A DNA stretch of 64,000 nucleotides from Alphaproteobacteria bacterium (GCA_965232515.1 CBDDPY010000002.1:1088001-1152000); one strand, 5' to 3'. Counted from the stretch's first letter, positions 11,308-20,834 are shown. Made by a program: numbers and translations. The notes: a model not told the origin generated them from the letters alone.

Positions 11308-12825
11308 TTACTCGGCGCGTCGCATCGTCGCCAGGCGGACCCGCCGGCCGTTGTCGATGCGCGCCGTCAACGTCCCGTCGGCATTCGCTCGGTAGCTGAC
11401 CCTCGCCGGCCAGTTCTCCGGGAAGGTGAGAGCGCCGTCGGCGAAGCCGACGCGGACGCGGAACCAGTCGCCGCTGTCGATGCACGTCGCACGGCGGGCC
11501 GCCTGGGAATAGACCACGACGCCGAAATCCTGATCGACGCGCTCGACGGCCAACAGGTGTTTGCGTCCGCCACTCCAGACGCCGACCCATTTGCCGGAAA
11601 ACTCGGCCAGGTCTGCCGGCACATCGTCGGCCGGCGGTTGGATCTTCAGGTCCGCCGGCTGGGCCAGCCTCGAAAAATACCGCGTCGTGTCCTCGGCGTC
11701 GTCGAGCCCCGGCGAACGCTGTTTCCTGCTCCGTTGGGTGCCGTCGCCGGTATCGGATATTCCGCCCGCATCGAGGATCGTCCGCAGCAGCCGGCCGAGC
11801 TGCGCCGAGGTGGCCTGCTCCCGCCCGCCGCTGTCGATCAGGTGCACGATGACCAGATCGTGTGCCGGCATCACCAGTACCTTCTGACCGCGGTTGCCGG
11901 AGGCGGCGAAACTCCCTTTTGGCAGGTTGACGTAGGGGAACATGCCGCTGCGGCGCTCCGTCCACCACATATAGCCGTAGCCACGGCCGGAACCGGCCCG
12001 CGTCTTCGTCGCGGTGCTGTCCCGCACCCAGTCCGCCGGCAGCACCTGAGCGTCGCGCCAGCGGCCCTGACGCAGATACAGCAGGCCAAAGCGGGCGAGG
12101 TCGCGCGCCGACATCCCGAACAGATAGGCCGGATGCAATGACACGCGGGCGCCGGCATAGGCGACGTCTTCGACGTCGAAGTCCTGCATCCCCAGCGGCC
12201 GCGCGATCTGCGCCGCGAATGCCTCGGCGATACTGCGGCCCGCCTGCTGCTCGAAAATCGTCCCCAGCGCGTTGAAATCCCAGTTGTTGTAGTACCAGTA
12301 CGTCCCCGGCGCATGGCAGCCGCGCGCCGGCCGGCGCGCCGCCATATCGTCCGTCTCGTAGGCGGCGGGGCGGTAGATGCCCGATCGCGCCGTCAGCAGG
12401 TCCGCGACCGTCGCCTGCCGTTCGGCGGTCGATAACGGCGGGTCCAGCGCCTCGATGCCGAGCTCGCCGACCGTCCGATCGAGGTCGATGCGGCCCAACC
12501 CGACTTGGATGCCGATCAACGCGCTCAGCAGGCTCTTGCGGATCGAATAGACGTTGAACTCAGACGACGTCCGTCCCCATTCGGCGACCACGCGCCCGCC
12601 CTGCACGATCATCACGGCGGCCGAGCCGATTTGTTGCGACAGCCGGCGCGCGTCGGCCAGCCCGTCGGCCGACCAGCCAGCCGCCCCGGGGTCTGCCAGT
12701 ACTTGCCAGTTTTCACCTGGATAGGTGCCCGGCGCCTCCTCGGCAGCGGCCGTCGCGGTGAAGGCCGACAATGCAACGACGCCAAGCGCCGCAAACACCC
12801 GCGCGAAAAGAGATTTCGTTGACAT
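11308..12825 (-). CDS. Secreted serine hydrolase (beta-lactamase/class C-like family) with an extra C-terminal domain
   Basis: Signal peptide; SxxK (YSIRKS), YxN (YYNNWDFN), LLTARSG, SARDLARFGLLYL. Confidence 0.85.
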   Translation of the reverse strand: MSTKSLFARVFAALGVVALSAFTATAAAEEAPGTYPGENWQVLADPGAAGWSADGLADARRLSQQIGSAAVMIVQGGRVVAEWGRTSSEFNVYSIRKSLLSALIGIQVGLGRIDLDRTVGELGIEALDPPLSTAERQATVADLLTARSGIYRPAAYETDDMAARRPARGCHAPGTYWYYNNWDFNALGTIFEQQAGRSIAEAFAAQIARPLGMQDFDVEDVAYAGARVSLHPAYLFGMSARDLARFGLLYLRQGRWRDAQVLPADWVRDSTATKTRAGSGRGYGYMWWTERRSGMFPYVNLPKGSFAASGNRGQKVLVMPAHDLVIVHLIDSGGREQATSAQLGRLLRTILDAGGISDTGDGTQRSRKQRSPGLDDAEDTTRYFSRLAQPADLKIQPPADDVPADLAEFSGKWVGVWSGGRKHLLAVERVDQDFGVVVYSQAARRATCIDSGDWFRVRVGFADGALTFPENWPARVSYRANADGTLTARIDNGRRVRLATMRRAE

Positions 12826-12985
12826 CTTGATTGCCTTCACATTGCCCTTTCGGTCGCGGTTGCTTTCAAACCCATCCGGGCGCTCCGCGTCAACCGTCGA
12901 CGCGCCGGTGTCGCTGCGCATCGACGAGCGGCGGGCGAATGCTGGGCACTCCAGTCGCTCCAGCCGCTATCCTGCCGTATAGCCG

Positions 12986-13621
12986 TCAGCCCATGTTGCG
13001 CTCGCAGATATCGCCCAAATCGCATTCATCACATCGCGGCTTTCGCGATCGACAGACCCGCTTGCCGTGCTCGAGCAGCCATATGTGGGCGCCCCAGCGG
13101 TAGCGTTTGGGCGTGCGCTCTGCCAGCGCCTCGGCCGTTTTGACTTCGGTCTTCTCGGCGGTGAGGCCGATGCGGTTGGCGACGCGAAAAACATGTGTGT
13201 CGACCGCGATTGCCGGTTCGGCAAAGACGAACCGCAACATGATATCGGCGCTTTTGCGCCCGACGCCGGGTAGCGCCATCAACCCGGCACGGGTCCGCGG
13301 CACCTCGCGGCCGCACGCCTCAATCAACTGCCGGCAAAGCTTTCGGATGTTCTCCGTCTTCAAGTTGTACATGCCGACATCGCGGATCAGGCCGCGCAGC
13401 CGGGAGGGTGGCAATGCCAGGATGGCATCGGGCGTCGAGGCGATCGCGAATAGCTTGCGTGTGGCTTTCTCGGTCTGTGTGTCCAGCGTCTGGGCGCTGA
13501 GGACGACCGAGATCAAGCTGCGAAAGGGGTCGTCCTTGATCTTTTCCGGCGTCCGGTTCGGCGACGGATCGGCCGCCTCGAACCGGCGATAGACCTCTTC
13601 CACCCGCGCAGCCGACAACAT
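12986..13621 (-). CDS. nth: Endonuclease III (HhH-GPD glycosylase/lyase with 4Fe-4S cluster)
   Basis: LSAQT, LPGVGRKSA, AVDTHVFRV, C-x6-C-x2-C-x5-C (CRSRKPRCDECDLGDIC). Confidence 0.88.
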   Translation of the reverse strand: MLSAARVEEVYRRFEAADPSPNRTPEKIKDDPFRSLISVVLSAQTLDTQTEKATRKLFAIASTPDAILALPPSRLRGLIRDVGMYNLKTENIRKLCRQLIEACGREVPRTRAGLMALPGVGRKSADIMLRFVFAEPAIAVDTHVFRVANRIGLTAEKTEVKTAEALAERTPKRYRWGAHIWLLEHGKRVCRSRKPRCDECDLGDICERNMG

Positions 13622-13671
13622 GGGGCAAGCGTATTACAGCTCCACATGCACCGCCAATGGCGGCGGCGCAG

Positions 13672-14583
13672 TCACGCCGCCAGCGCGGTCACCTTGCCGG
13701 TCAGAAGGTCGACGTCGTCGCGAACTTCGTCAGTCAGGAAATCGAGGACGGCCCGGATACGCGCCGTCTGACGAAGGTCCCGGTGAGTCAACAGCCACAG
13801 ATCGAGCTTGCTGTCGAAATGCGGCGCCAGAACACGGCGAAGATCGGGCGCGCAGCCGACCATGTAGTTGGGCAGGGCCAAGATACCGAGACCGGCTCGA
13901 GCGGCAGCAACCTGGGCCGTGAGGTTGTTGCAGCGGACGCCGACCTTCGCGTCCTTGGCGACGTCGCGAAGGCGCCTGACCTGCGCGAGGTTGGCGATCT
14001 CGCGCACGGATTCGATGATCGTATGGTTCGACAGATCTTCGAGGGTCGCCGGCTCGCCTTGCCGTGTCAGGTAGCCCTCCGACGCATAAAGACCGCAATG
14101 GACGTCGCCGACGCGCCGGCCGACCAATTCCTCGCACCCCGGGTTGCCGACACGCAGCGCGATATCGGCCTCGCGGCGCACCAGATCCAACGCGCCGACA
14201 CCGACGACAAGCTCGATATCGATATCGGGATATCGTTCGCGCAGCTTCGGCAATCTCGGCGTCAGCCAGCAAACGCCCATGCCTTCGGCCGTGGTAATGC
14301 TGACACGACCGTTAAGCCGGGCATCCTCACCGCTCACCCGCTGCTCGATGGCAAAGGCCGTGCACTCGATCCGCGCCGCCAACTCGTTTATCCGGTGCCC
14401 CGCGGCCGTAAGTTCGTATCCGTGGTTCATCCGGTCGAAGAGACGCGCGCCCAAACGCTTCTCCAAATCATTGATGCGTCGGCCGACAGTGGGTTGGGTA
14501 ACACCCAGTTTGCGCGCCGCCGCCGAGAGTGATCCCGTCTCGGAAACCGCGAGAAAGAATCGGTAGTCATCCCAGTCGTTCAT
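13672..14583 (-). CDS. LysR-family transcriptional regulator
   Basis: MNDWDDYRFFLAVSETGSLSAAARKLGVTQPTVGRRI HTH; READIALR. Confidence 0.95.
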   Translation of the reverse strand: MNDWDDYRFFLAVSETGSLSAAARKLGVTQPTVGRRINDLEKRLGARLFDRMNHGYELTAAGHRINELAARIECTAFAIEQRVSGEDARLNGRVSITTAEGMGVCWLTPRLPKLRERYPDIDIELVVGVGALDLVRREADIALRVGNPGCEELVGRRVGDVHCGLYASEGYLTRQGEPATLEDLSNHTIIESVREIANLAQVRRLRDVAKDAKVGVRCNNLTAQVAAARAGLGILALPNYMVGCAPDLRRVLAPHFDSKLDLWLLTHRDLRQTARIRAVLDFLTDEVRDDVDLLTGKVTALAA

Positions 14584-14784
14584 TTGACCCCATGCTCTAA
14601 TGAACTCGACCGCTCATTACTTCATCGGCACAAGAAAAAACCGGCGTGCCTGTGTCCGATGATTGTTGCACTGCAAAATAAAGAACGGCTCCCCGCTTGA
14701 TTGCCCGCGTAAAACGTCTCTATGGACGCCGATAACTTCAATTCACTTCGTCGAGAGAATTCGCGAGCAGATCGGCAACACCGG

Positions 14785-14806
14785 TATTGAACTGGGCAGT
14801 TCAATA
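14785..14806. promoter_or_regulatory. Perfect inverted repeat TATTGAACTG-GG-CAGTTCAATA (operator-like)
   Basis: 10-bp arms with 2-nt spacer in the AT-rich divergent intergenic region. Confidence 0.55.
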
Positions 14807-14812
14807 TTTCCT

Positions 14813-14827
14813 GTATGGGGTCTATAC
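14813..14827. promoter_or_regulatory. Candidate LysR recognition site GTAT-N7-ATAC (T-N11-A)
   Basis: Dyad with T-N11-A about 75-85 bp upstream of the ATG at 14900. Confidence 0.4.
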
Positions 14828-14899
14828 GTTCATCGGCAATACCGATCTTCGTCGCATCACCCAAATTTACGAGCCACACCTCAATGTAAAGGCTCGGAT

Positions 14900-15118
14900 A
14901 TGATCAGTGCCTACCTAAACCGACCACTCAGATCGTTTGCTCAGGCTTTGGCTGAACGAGAACATCAGCGCCAGTGCGTATGCGCGCCACTGGCATGGCA
15001 AGAAAACCGGCGCCGCGATCACGACATCACAAAGCTGACAACGGCAACAGAGCCGGACCGGAGGCTCAACCCGCCGCCGCGGGATCAAAACCAAACATCC
15101 ACGGCATCATCAACCTGA
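14900..15118 (+). CDS. Small hypothetical protein (72 aa)
   Basis: MISAYLNRPLRSFAQALAERE...; ATG follows the AT-rich promoter region divergent from LysR. Confidence 0.45.
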   Translation: MISAYLNRPLRSFAQALAEREHQRQCVCAPLAWQENRRRDHDITKLTTATEPDRRLNPPPRDQNQTSTASST

Positions 15119-15161
15119 GTGACCGACGGATGTCCGTTTTTGCTCACAAATTGCCCCGCAA

Positions 15162-16553
15162 ATGCCACCGCACCGAGTGCAGGCGCAAAATACTCTCGAC
15201 CCAGGTCTGATGCAGTCATCGGTACCATTGGGGCAGACAACGCCACGGCGATCGGGGCTGTGGCAGATCGGGCACATGTCACTACCGAGCTTACGCCTCG
15301 GCCGCTTGTTCGGCGATCTGCCGCCATGCGAGTTCGAGCCGGCACTTCTGCAAGCAATCAGCGCCAGAGATGGGCCGCTGGCGATACGTCACGCCCCGGC
15401 AACCCTCGATCTGGACAACCCCAAGATCCCTCTGGGATTTGCTGTCCTGGCGCGGCTGGTCGAGCATGACGCCAGCTACCACGCCTTGCCGGTGGAAAAC
15501 GGCCGGCGCGGCACAGCGCCACGCCTGGCGCTCGACGGCATGTATGGCGATGGCCCGCTGGCCATGCCGTGCTTCTACGATGGCGCGCGGCTGTTGATGG
15601 GGACCGCAGACAATCCATCCGCCGATCTGGCCCGAAACCGCATCGGCATGGCGCTGATCCCGGATCCCCGCGACGACGCTGACGTCATGCTGGCGCAACT
15701 GCATCTGGCATTCGTGAAGTTTCACAATGTGGTCGTTGACGACATGTCGGCCAGCGGCGTCCCGCCCGACATACTCTTCGCCCGGGCGGCACGTCAGGTG
15801 CGCTGGCACTATCAATGGCTGTTGCTGCACGAGTTCCTGCCGATGCTGATCGGCGACGATCATGCCGATCGTCTGCGCCGGCAAGGCCCCAAATTCTATC
15901 GCCGCGACCTCGACCCGCGACTGCCGGCCGAGTTCGCCGCGGCGGCCATCCGATATCATCTGAGCCAGTTTGGCGACGCCGTTAAGCTGAACGCCGAGTC
16001 CATGTGCCGGCCGTTCGATTCTCAGGAATGCGGCTTCCGACCAATAGCGGCGGCTTCCCGCATCGATTGGCTCCACTTCGTCGACATGCCGCGGTCCGAC
16101 CGGCCGCAGTCCAGCAAGCGGGTCGATGGCTATCTGAACGGCAGCCTATTGAGCACGGCGAGTACGGGCCACGTGATCGACACACTGCTTCTGGGCAATG
16201 CCTGCCAGCTGCCCTCTGGCCAGGCGATCGCACGGCAGATCGGGACGACGCCGCTCCAGAACGACGATTTCGGCCTGGCCGACCTCCTCGATACCGGCGA
16301 GGGGACACCCTTGTGGCTCTACGTGCTGAAGGAAGCCGAGGTGATCCAGGACGGCATGCGCCTGGGCCCCGTCGGCGCGGCGATTGTTGGCGATTTGGTC
16401 GTGGATCTGATCCAGCGCGACCCGGCCTCATACACAAACATCGAGCCCCGCTGGCAGCCGTCCTACGGTGTCATGGGTAGCTGCCAGTTCGCCGACCTGC
16501 TGGTCGCCAGCGACTATTACACGCCCCCCGACCTGGTCGCCGGTCGGGCCTGA
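15162..16553 (+). CDS. Animal-type heme peroxidase family homolog with degenerate catalytic motifs (true start may be a downstream Met)
   Basis: LALDGMYGDGP, DPRDD, AQLHLAFVKFHN, VRWHYQWLLLHEFLP, LPSGQAIA, TPLWLYVLKEAE, RLGPVGAAIV. Confidence 0.8.
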   Translation: MPPHRVQAQNTLDPGLMQSSVPLGQTTPRRSGLWQIGHMSLPSLRLGRLFGDLPPCEFEPALLQAISARDGPLAIRHAPATLDLDNPKIPLGFAVLARLVEHDASYHALPVENGRRGTAPRLALDGMYGDGPLAMPCFYDGARLLMGTADNPSADLARNRIGMALIPDPRDDADVMLAQLHLAFVKFHNVVVDDMSASGVPPDILFARAARQVRWHYQWLLLHEFLPMLIGDDHADRLRRQGPKFYRRDLDPRLPAEFAAAAIRYHLSQFGDAVKLNAESMCRPFDSQECGFRPIAAASRIDWLHFVDMPRSDRPQSSKRVDGYLNGSLLSTASTGHVIDTLLLGNACQLPSGQAIARQIGTTPLQNDDFGLADLLDTGEGTPLWLYVLKEAEVIQDGMRLGPVGAAIVGDLVVDLIQRDPASYTNIEPRWQPSYGVMGSCQFADLLVASDYYTPPDLVAGRA

Positions 16554-17599
16554 CGCCGCCGCAGCAGAAGCAAGCCGGCGATGCCAATTCCTAGGATCGC
16601 CATCGCCGACGGCTCGGAAACGTCGATCACATCGACCGGCGTTGACGATGCCAATATGACGTCGATCCAGTCGGCGTAGCCGGAGACCAGCATGCCGCCG
16701 GCGAGCGACCCGAACAGAGGCGCCTGCGCCGTCGGCGTGCTCAGCAAAAACGAACTCACCCCGAACAGCAGCAACTCGCCGTTTTCGACCACGAAGGCGG
16801 GTCCACCGGAATCGCCGAACGACAGCGTGCTCTCGATATCGTTGCCGAGTGATCCGCCGGGCTGACCGGCGGTTTCCGGCGGATCGAAGTCGAACAGGTA
16901 GATTTCCGGCGTGCCGCTGCCTTCATCGTCGACAATGAAGAACTCGGCAAGGTTGAGGCCGACCCGCTTGACCGTCGGATCCGCCTGCACCGTCAAGCCG
17001 TTTTCGCCGTCGCCGCTCTGGCCGTAACCCGCCATGACAATGGGCGTTATCGTGTCGAACGGCTCGCGGTAGAGATCGTAAATCGGCATGTCGATCGGCA
17101 GATCGGTAGCCAGCTCTAAAACGGCGATGTCGTCGTTCAAGTTGGGGTTGTTGAAGCCGGAATAGTCCGGATGGATCGTGATATCCACAGCACTGCCGAC
17201 GCCCGAGGGGCTGCCGCCGAAATTCTGCACGAAGTTGGCGCCGTTCACGTCGACCGCGCCATCATTGTTCAGATCGAAGCAATGCGCCGCCGACAGGACA
17301 TGCCGGCGCGAGATCGCCGCCCCGCTGCACAAACCAAAACCGGATCCCGTCGAGACGATAACGCTGCCGACTCCACCGAATGGCGACGCCGTATTATTGG
17401 GGTCGACGTGCGCCGCGGGCGAATCCGGCGGCGATCCATTCGGACTGCCGACAACGATGGCGCGTTGCGGGTCGCCATTTCCGGAATACGGCTGGGTGAG
17501 GGGAAGAGCGCTCGCGGTCGACGCGATCGTGCCTCCCGCCAGGACTGCGGCGATCATGGCAGAACGCCACGTCGAACGCATACGATCGGTTTCAATCAT
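16517..17599 (-). CDS. Trypsin-like (S1) serine protease with variant PEP-CTERM (VSEP) sorting signal
   Basis: Signal peptide; triad motifs LSAAHC, DIAVLEL, GDSGGP; C-terminus VSEPSAMAILGIGIAGLLLLRRR. Confidence 0.88.
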   Translation of the reverse strand: MIETDRMRSTWRSAMIAAVLAGGTIASTASALPLTQPYSGNGDPQRAIVVGSPNGSPPDSPAAHVDPNNTASPFGGVGSVIVSTGSGFGLCSGAAISRRHVLSAAHCFDLNNDGAVDVNGANFVQNFGGSPSGVGSAVDITIHPDYSGFNNPNLNDDIAVLELATDLPIDMPIYDLYREPFDTITPIVMAGYGQSGDGENGLTVQADPTVKRVGLNLAEFFIVDDEGSGTPEIYLFDFDPPETAGQPGGSLGNDIESTLSFGDSGGPAFVVENGELLLFGVSSFLLSTPTAQAPLFGSLAGGMLVSGYADWIDVILASSTPVDVIDVSEPSAMAILGIGIAGLLLLRRRQARPATRSGGV

Positions 17600-17790
17600 G
17601 ACGGCGAAATATGCCGAATAGATTTGACAATCGATAGCGTATACAAGCGGATAACACAGTTTTCTCACACGCTGGAGCACATTTGGGTCACACGAAATCC
17701 GCTGGCTTGCATTGACAGTCCGCCGCCATCGTTCGAGGCTCTGCGGCCGTCTCGCCGGCGAGCGGAACGATTGTCGGGGCCGCTGGATCG

Positions 17791-18072
17791 TTGAATCAAA
17801 ACACGTACTTTTCACAGGTCAGGACACGCCTGGGGCAGATGCCGCGGATCCTGCGCGTTATCATCGGCATACTGCTGGTGCTGGGCGGAATCCTGGGTTT
17901 CCTGCCGATCCTCGGCTTCTGGATGATCCCGCTCGGTCTAATGGTCCTGTCCTACGACCTGCCCATCGTCCGCCGCTGGCGTCGCCGCCTGGAGGTCTGG
18001 TGGGGACGGCGCCGGCAAAACGGCGACAAAACCGCCGATGGGGCGGAACGACCGAACAATCGCGATGTTTAG
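17791..18072 (+). CDS. Small membrane protein (PGPGW-like hypothetical)
   Basis: IIGILLVLGGILGFLPILGFWMIPLGLMVLSYDLPIVRRWRRR. Confidence 0.7.
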   Translation: MNQNTYFSQVRTRLGQMPRILRVIIGILLVLGGILGFLPILGFWMIPLGLMVLSYDLPIVRRWRRRLEVWWGRRRQNGDKTADGAERPNNRDV

Positions 18073-18077
18073 AATGT

Positions 18078-18151
18078 TGGAGGCGCGGACCGGAATCGAA
18101 CCGGTGTAAAAGGATTTGCAGTCCTCTGCGTAACCACTCCGCCACCGCGCC
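18078..18151 (-). tRNA. tRNA-Cys (GCA)
   Basis: Reverse complement GGCGCGGTGGCGGAGTGGTTACGCAGAGGACTGCAAATCCTTTTACACCGGTTCGATTCCGGTCCGCGCCTCCA: 74 nt, GCA anticodon, TTC loop, encoded CCA. Confidence 0.98.
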
Positions 18152-18323
18152 GAACGAGATCGCCAGGACGGGTTCGTCCCGGCGGCCCTGTACTTAATCC
18201 GCCGTCCGGGTCCGGGTCAATGCGCCAATCGCAAGCAAGACGCAAAGCAGGCACCCTGGGCGTTGTCTTGCGCTCTTGCTGGCAATATAAGACTTGCGCC
18301 GTTGGATTGAGGGCAAGCAGATC

Positions 18324-18977
18324 ATGGTCGACACTGAAAGCCGCCGCGTAAGCATGGTCAATGGGCAGATCTTGCCCAACAAAGTGACCGACGAGCGCGT
18401 GACAGACGCGCTGCTGGCCATAGCACGCGAGCCGTTCGTACCGAAGAACCTGCGCGGCGTCGCCTATGTCGACGAGGACATACCGGTCGGCGACGGCCGC
18501 TATCTGCTCGAGCCGATGATCTTTGCGCGCCTGCTGCAGTCGGCGGAAGTAACGTCCGATGATGTGGTTCTCGATATCGGCTGCGCGACAGGCTATTCCA
18601 CGGCGGTGCTGGCCCGGCTTGCCGGCAGCGTCGTGGCGCTCGAATGCGATCCGGCGCTGGCGGACAAGGCCAACGAAATGCTGAACCAGCTCGACGTGGA
18701 CAACGCCGGCGTTGTCACCGGCGAACTTGCGGACGGCTTGCCCGACCAGGGGCCTTACGACGTGATTTTCATGAACGGGGCGGTTGAACGGCTTCCCGAC
18801 GGTCTGAAGCAGCAGCTTGCCGAAGGCGGTCGGCTGGTCGTGGTTCAACTCGCCGATAGCACCGGTCAGGCCTGGATATACCGGCGGCATGGCGACGTCG
18901 TTGACGGGCGTCCGCATTTTGACGCCCAAGTAAAGCGTTTGCCCGGCTTCGAAGCCGAGCAGGTTTTTACATTCTAG
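18324..18977 (+). CDS. Protein-L-isoaspartate O-methyltransferase family protein (pcm paralog)
   Basis: MVNGQILPNKVTD, AREPFVP, VLDIGCATGYSTAVLARL, GPYDVIF. Confidence 0.88.
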   Translation: MVDTESRRVSMVNGQILPNKVTDERVTDALLAIAREPFVPKNLRGVAYVDEDIPVGDGRYLLEPMIFARLLQSAEVTSDDVVLDIGCATGYSTAVLARLAGSVVALECDPALADKANEMLNQLDVDNAGVVTGELADGLPDQGPYDVIFMNGAVERLPDGLKQQLAEGGRLVVVQLADSTGQAWIYRRHGDVVDGRPHFDAQVKRLPGFEAEQVFTF

Positions 18978-18992
18978 TCGACGGACAGTGCC

Positions 18993-19331
18993 TTGGAATC
19001 GGCAAACGGCCACCTCCCGCTGGAACTTGACGCAACCGCCGTGGCGCAGATGCGCCAAAGCGGAGAAGCGTTCGGCCTGTTGGATGTCCGGGAAGCTTGG
19101 GAATTGGACATCTGCCGGATCGACGGCAGTCTGCATATCCCGATGGGCGAGCTGCCGGGCCGGCTCCATGAACTGCCGACCGGCTCGCCGCTCGTCGTCC
19201 TTTGTCATCACGGCATGCGCAGCATGCAGGTGACCCAATGGCTCCGGCAGTCGGGAATCGCCGCAATCAATCTCGGCGGCGGTATCGATGCCTGGGCGCG
19301 GAACGTCGACCCGACACTATCCCTGTACTAG
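18993..19331 (+). CDS. Rhodanese-like domain protein
   Basis: LLDVREAWE, LCHHGMRS, NLGGGIDAW. Confidence 0.9.
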   Translation: MESANGHLPLELDATAVAQMRQSGEAFGLLDVREAWELDICRIDGSLHIPMGELPGRLHELPTGSPLVVLCHHGMRSMQVTQWLRQSGIAAINLGGGIDAWARNVDPTLSLY

Positions 19332-19365
19332 GATGTGGTTCTAACGGTCAGCGCAGGAGAGTTCC

Positions 19366-20721
19366 TTGAAAAGACGTCTGTTCGCAACAACCGCCGTCAT
19401 CGCCCTCTGCGCAACTCTCGGCGCCGTACCCGTGCAGGCGGAATCGATGATCGACGCCCTGACCGAGGCCTACCAGGCCAACCCGACCCTGAACCGGGCC
19501 CGGGCGCTTCTGCGGCAGACCGACGAGAATGTTCCACGCGCGCTGTCGGGCTGGCGCCCGACCGTAACCGTCACCGGTTCCGCCGGATTGGAACGGGCCA
19601 AGACGGACAATCGCGAGGAGCAAGATCTGACGCCGTTGTCGGGCTCGCTGCAGCTGACGCAGCCGATCTATCAGGGCGGCCGCACGGTCTACGGCACCCG
19701 GCAGGCCGAAAGCGAGGTCCTGGCCGACCGGGCCTTCCTGCGCACGACAGAGCAGGACGTGCTGCTCGGCACCATCACCGCTTACATGAACGTGCTGCGG
19801 GATCAGGCCCGCGTGCAGCTGACCACCAACAACCAGCGGGTGCTGGAACGACAGCTCGAAGCGACGCAGGACCGGTTCGAAGTGGGCGAGGTAACCCGCA
19901 CCGACGTCGCCCAGGCCGAGGCCCGGCTATCGCGCGCCATATCGGGCCGGATCGCCGCCGAGAGCGATCTCGGCACCAGCTCGGCCAACTATGAGAATTT
20001 CGTCGGCCGCCCGCCCGGGACTCTGGAACCGGCGCCGCCGCTTCCCCAACTGCCGCAGTCGGTCCAGGATGCCCTCAGCCTGGCGTTGGTCGAAAACCCC
20101 GAGTTGGAAACAGCCTTTCGTAACGAGGACGCGGCGAAGCACTCGGTCCGCGTCGCCATTGGCAGCTTGCTGCCGTCGGTCAGCATCGTCGGCCGGATCG
20201 ATCGGACCGACGAGACCGCGACCGAGGATATCGGCTTCAGGAGCGAGTCGATTACGGCACAGCTGACGGTGCCGCTCTATCAGTCGGGCTCCGTTTACAG
20301 TGACGTGCGGCGGGCGAAGGAGCTGCGCAGTCAGCGACGCGTCGAAATCGAGCAGTCACGACGCGGGGTGACGGAAGACGTCACATCGGCCTGGGAGGTG
20401 CTGGTTTCGGCCACGTCGCAGATCGAATCGTTCCGGGAAGAGGTACGGGCGAACGAAATCGCGCTCGAAGGCGTGCAGCAGGAATCCGAGGTCGGCGCCC
20501 GGACCGTGTTGGACGTGCTCGACGCCGAGCAGGAGCTGCTGGACGCGCAAGTGAACCTGGTGATCGCGGAGCGTGACGAATATGTCGCGGCCTACAGCCT
20601 GGTCGCCGCCATGGGGCAGTTGTCGGCCCGAAACCTGAGCCTGCCGGTAGATCTCTACGATCCGAACCGGCACGCGAACGAAGTCCGGAACAAGTGGTTC
20701 GGCGGCGACGTCCCGGAATAG
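19366..20721 (+). CDS. tolC: TolC family outer membrane protein
   Basis: Signal peptide; RFEVGEVTRTDVAQAEARL, VGARTVLDVLDAEQELL. Confidence 0.92.
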   Translation: MKRRLFATTAVIALCATLGAVPVQAESMIDALTEAYQANPTLNRARALLRQTDENVPRALSGWRPTVTVTGSAGLERAKTDNREEQDLTPLSGSLQLTQPIYQGGRTVYGTRQAESEVLADRAFLRTTEQDVLLGTITAYMNVLRDQARVQLTTNNQRVLERQLEATQDRFEVGEVTRTDVAQAEARLSRAISGRIAAESDLGTSSANYENFVGRPPGTLEPAPPLPQLPQSVQDALSLALVENPELETAFRNEDAAKHSVRVAIGSLLPSVSIVGRIDRTDETATEDIGFRSESITAQLTVPLYQSGSVYSDVRRAKELRSQRRVEIEQSRRGVTEDVTSAWEVLVSATSQIESFREEVRANEIALEGVQQESEVGARTVLDVLDAEQELLDAQVNLVIAERDEYVAAYSLVAAMGQLSARNLSLPVDLYDPNRHANEVRNKWFGGDVPE

Positions 20722-20791
20722 CCGCGGCTCGACTTGGTCGCGTCTGGCTGGCTTGTTAATGGTTTTGAAAGTATACCTTCGTTAACCATGC

Positions 20792-20799
20792 ACTTCAGG
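20792..20799. promoter_or_regulatory. CtrA half-site-like TTAACCAT upstream of popZ
   Basis: Exact TTAACCAT in an AT-rich intergenic region about 40 bp before the start. Confidence 0.45.
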
Positions 20800-20834
20800 G
20801 CGGCGCATCGGCTGCGCCGGTCCAAAGGTTGGTA

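Noticed and set aside
12986-13621. nth in an accessory region as a novel glycosylase
   Set aside because: The catalytic Lys and Asp and the Fe-S cysteines are all canonical; at most a paralog.
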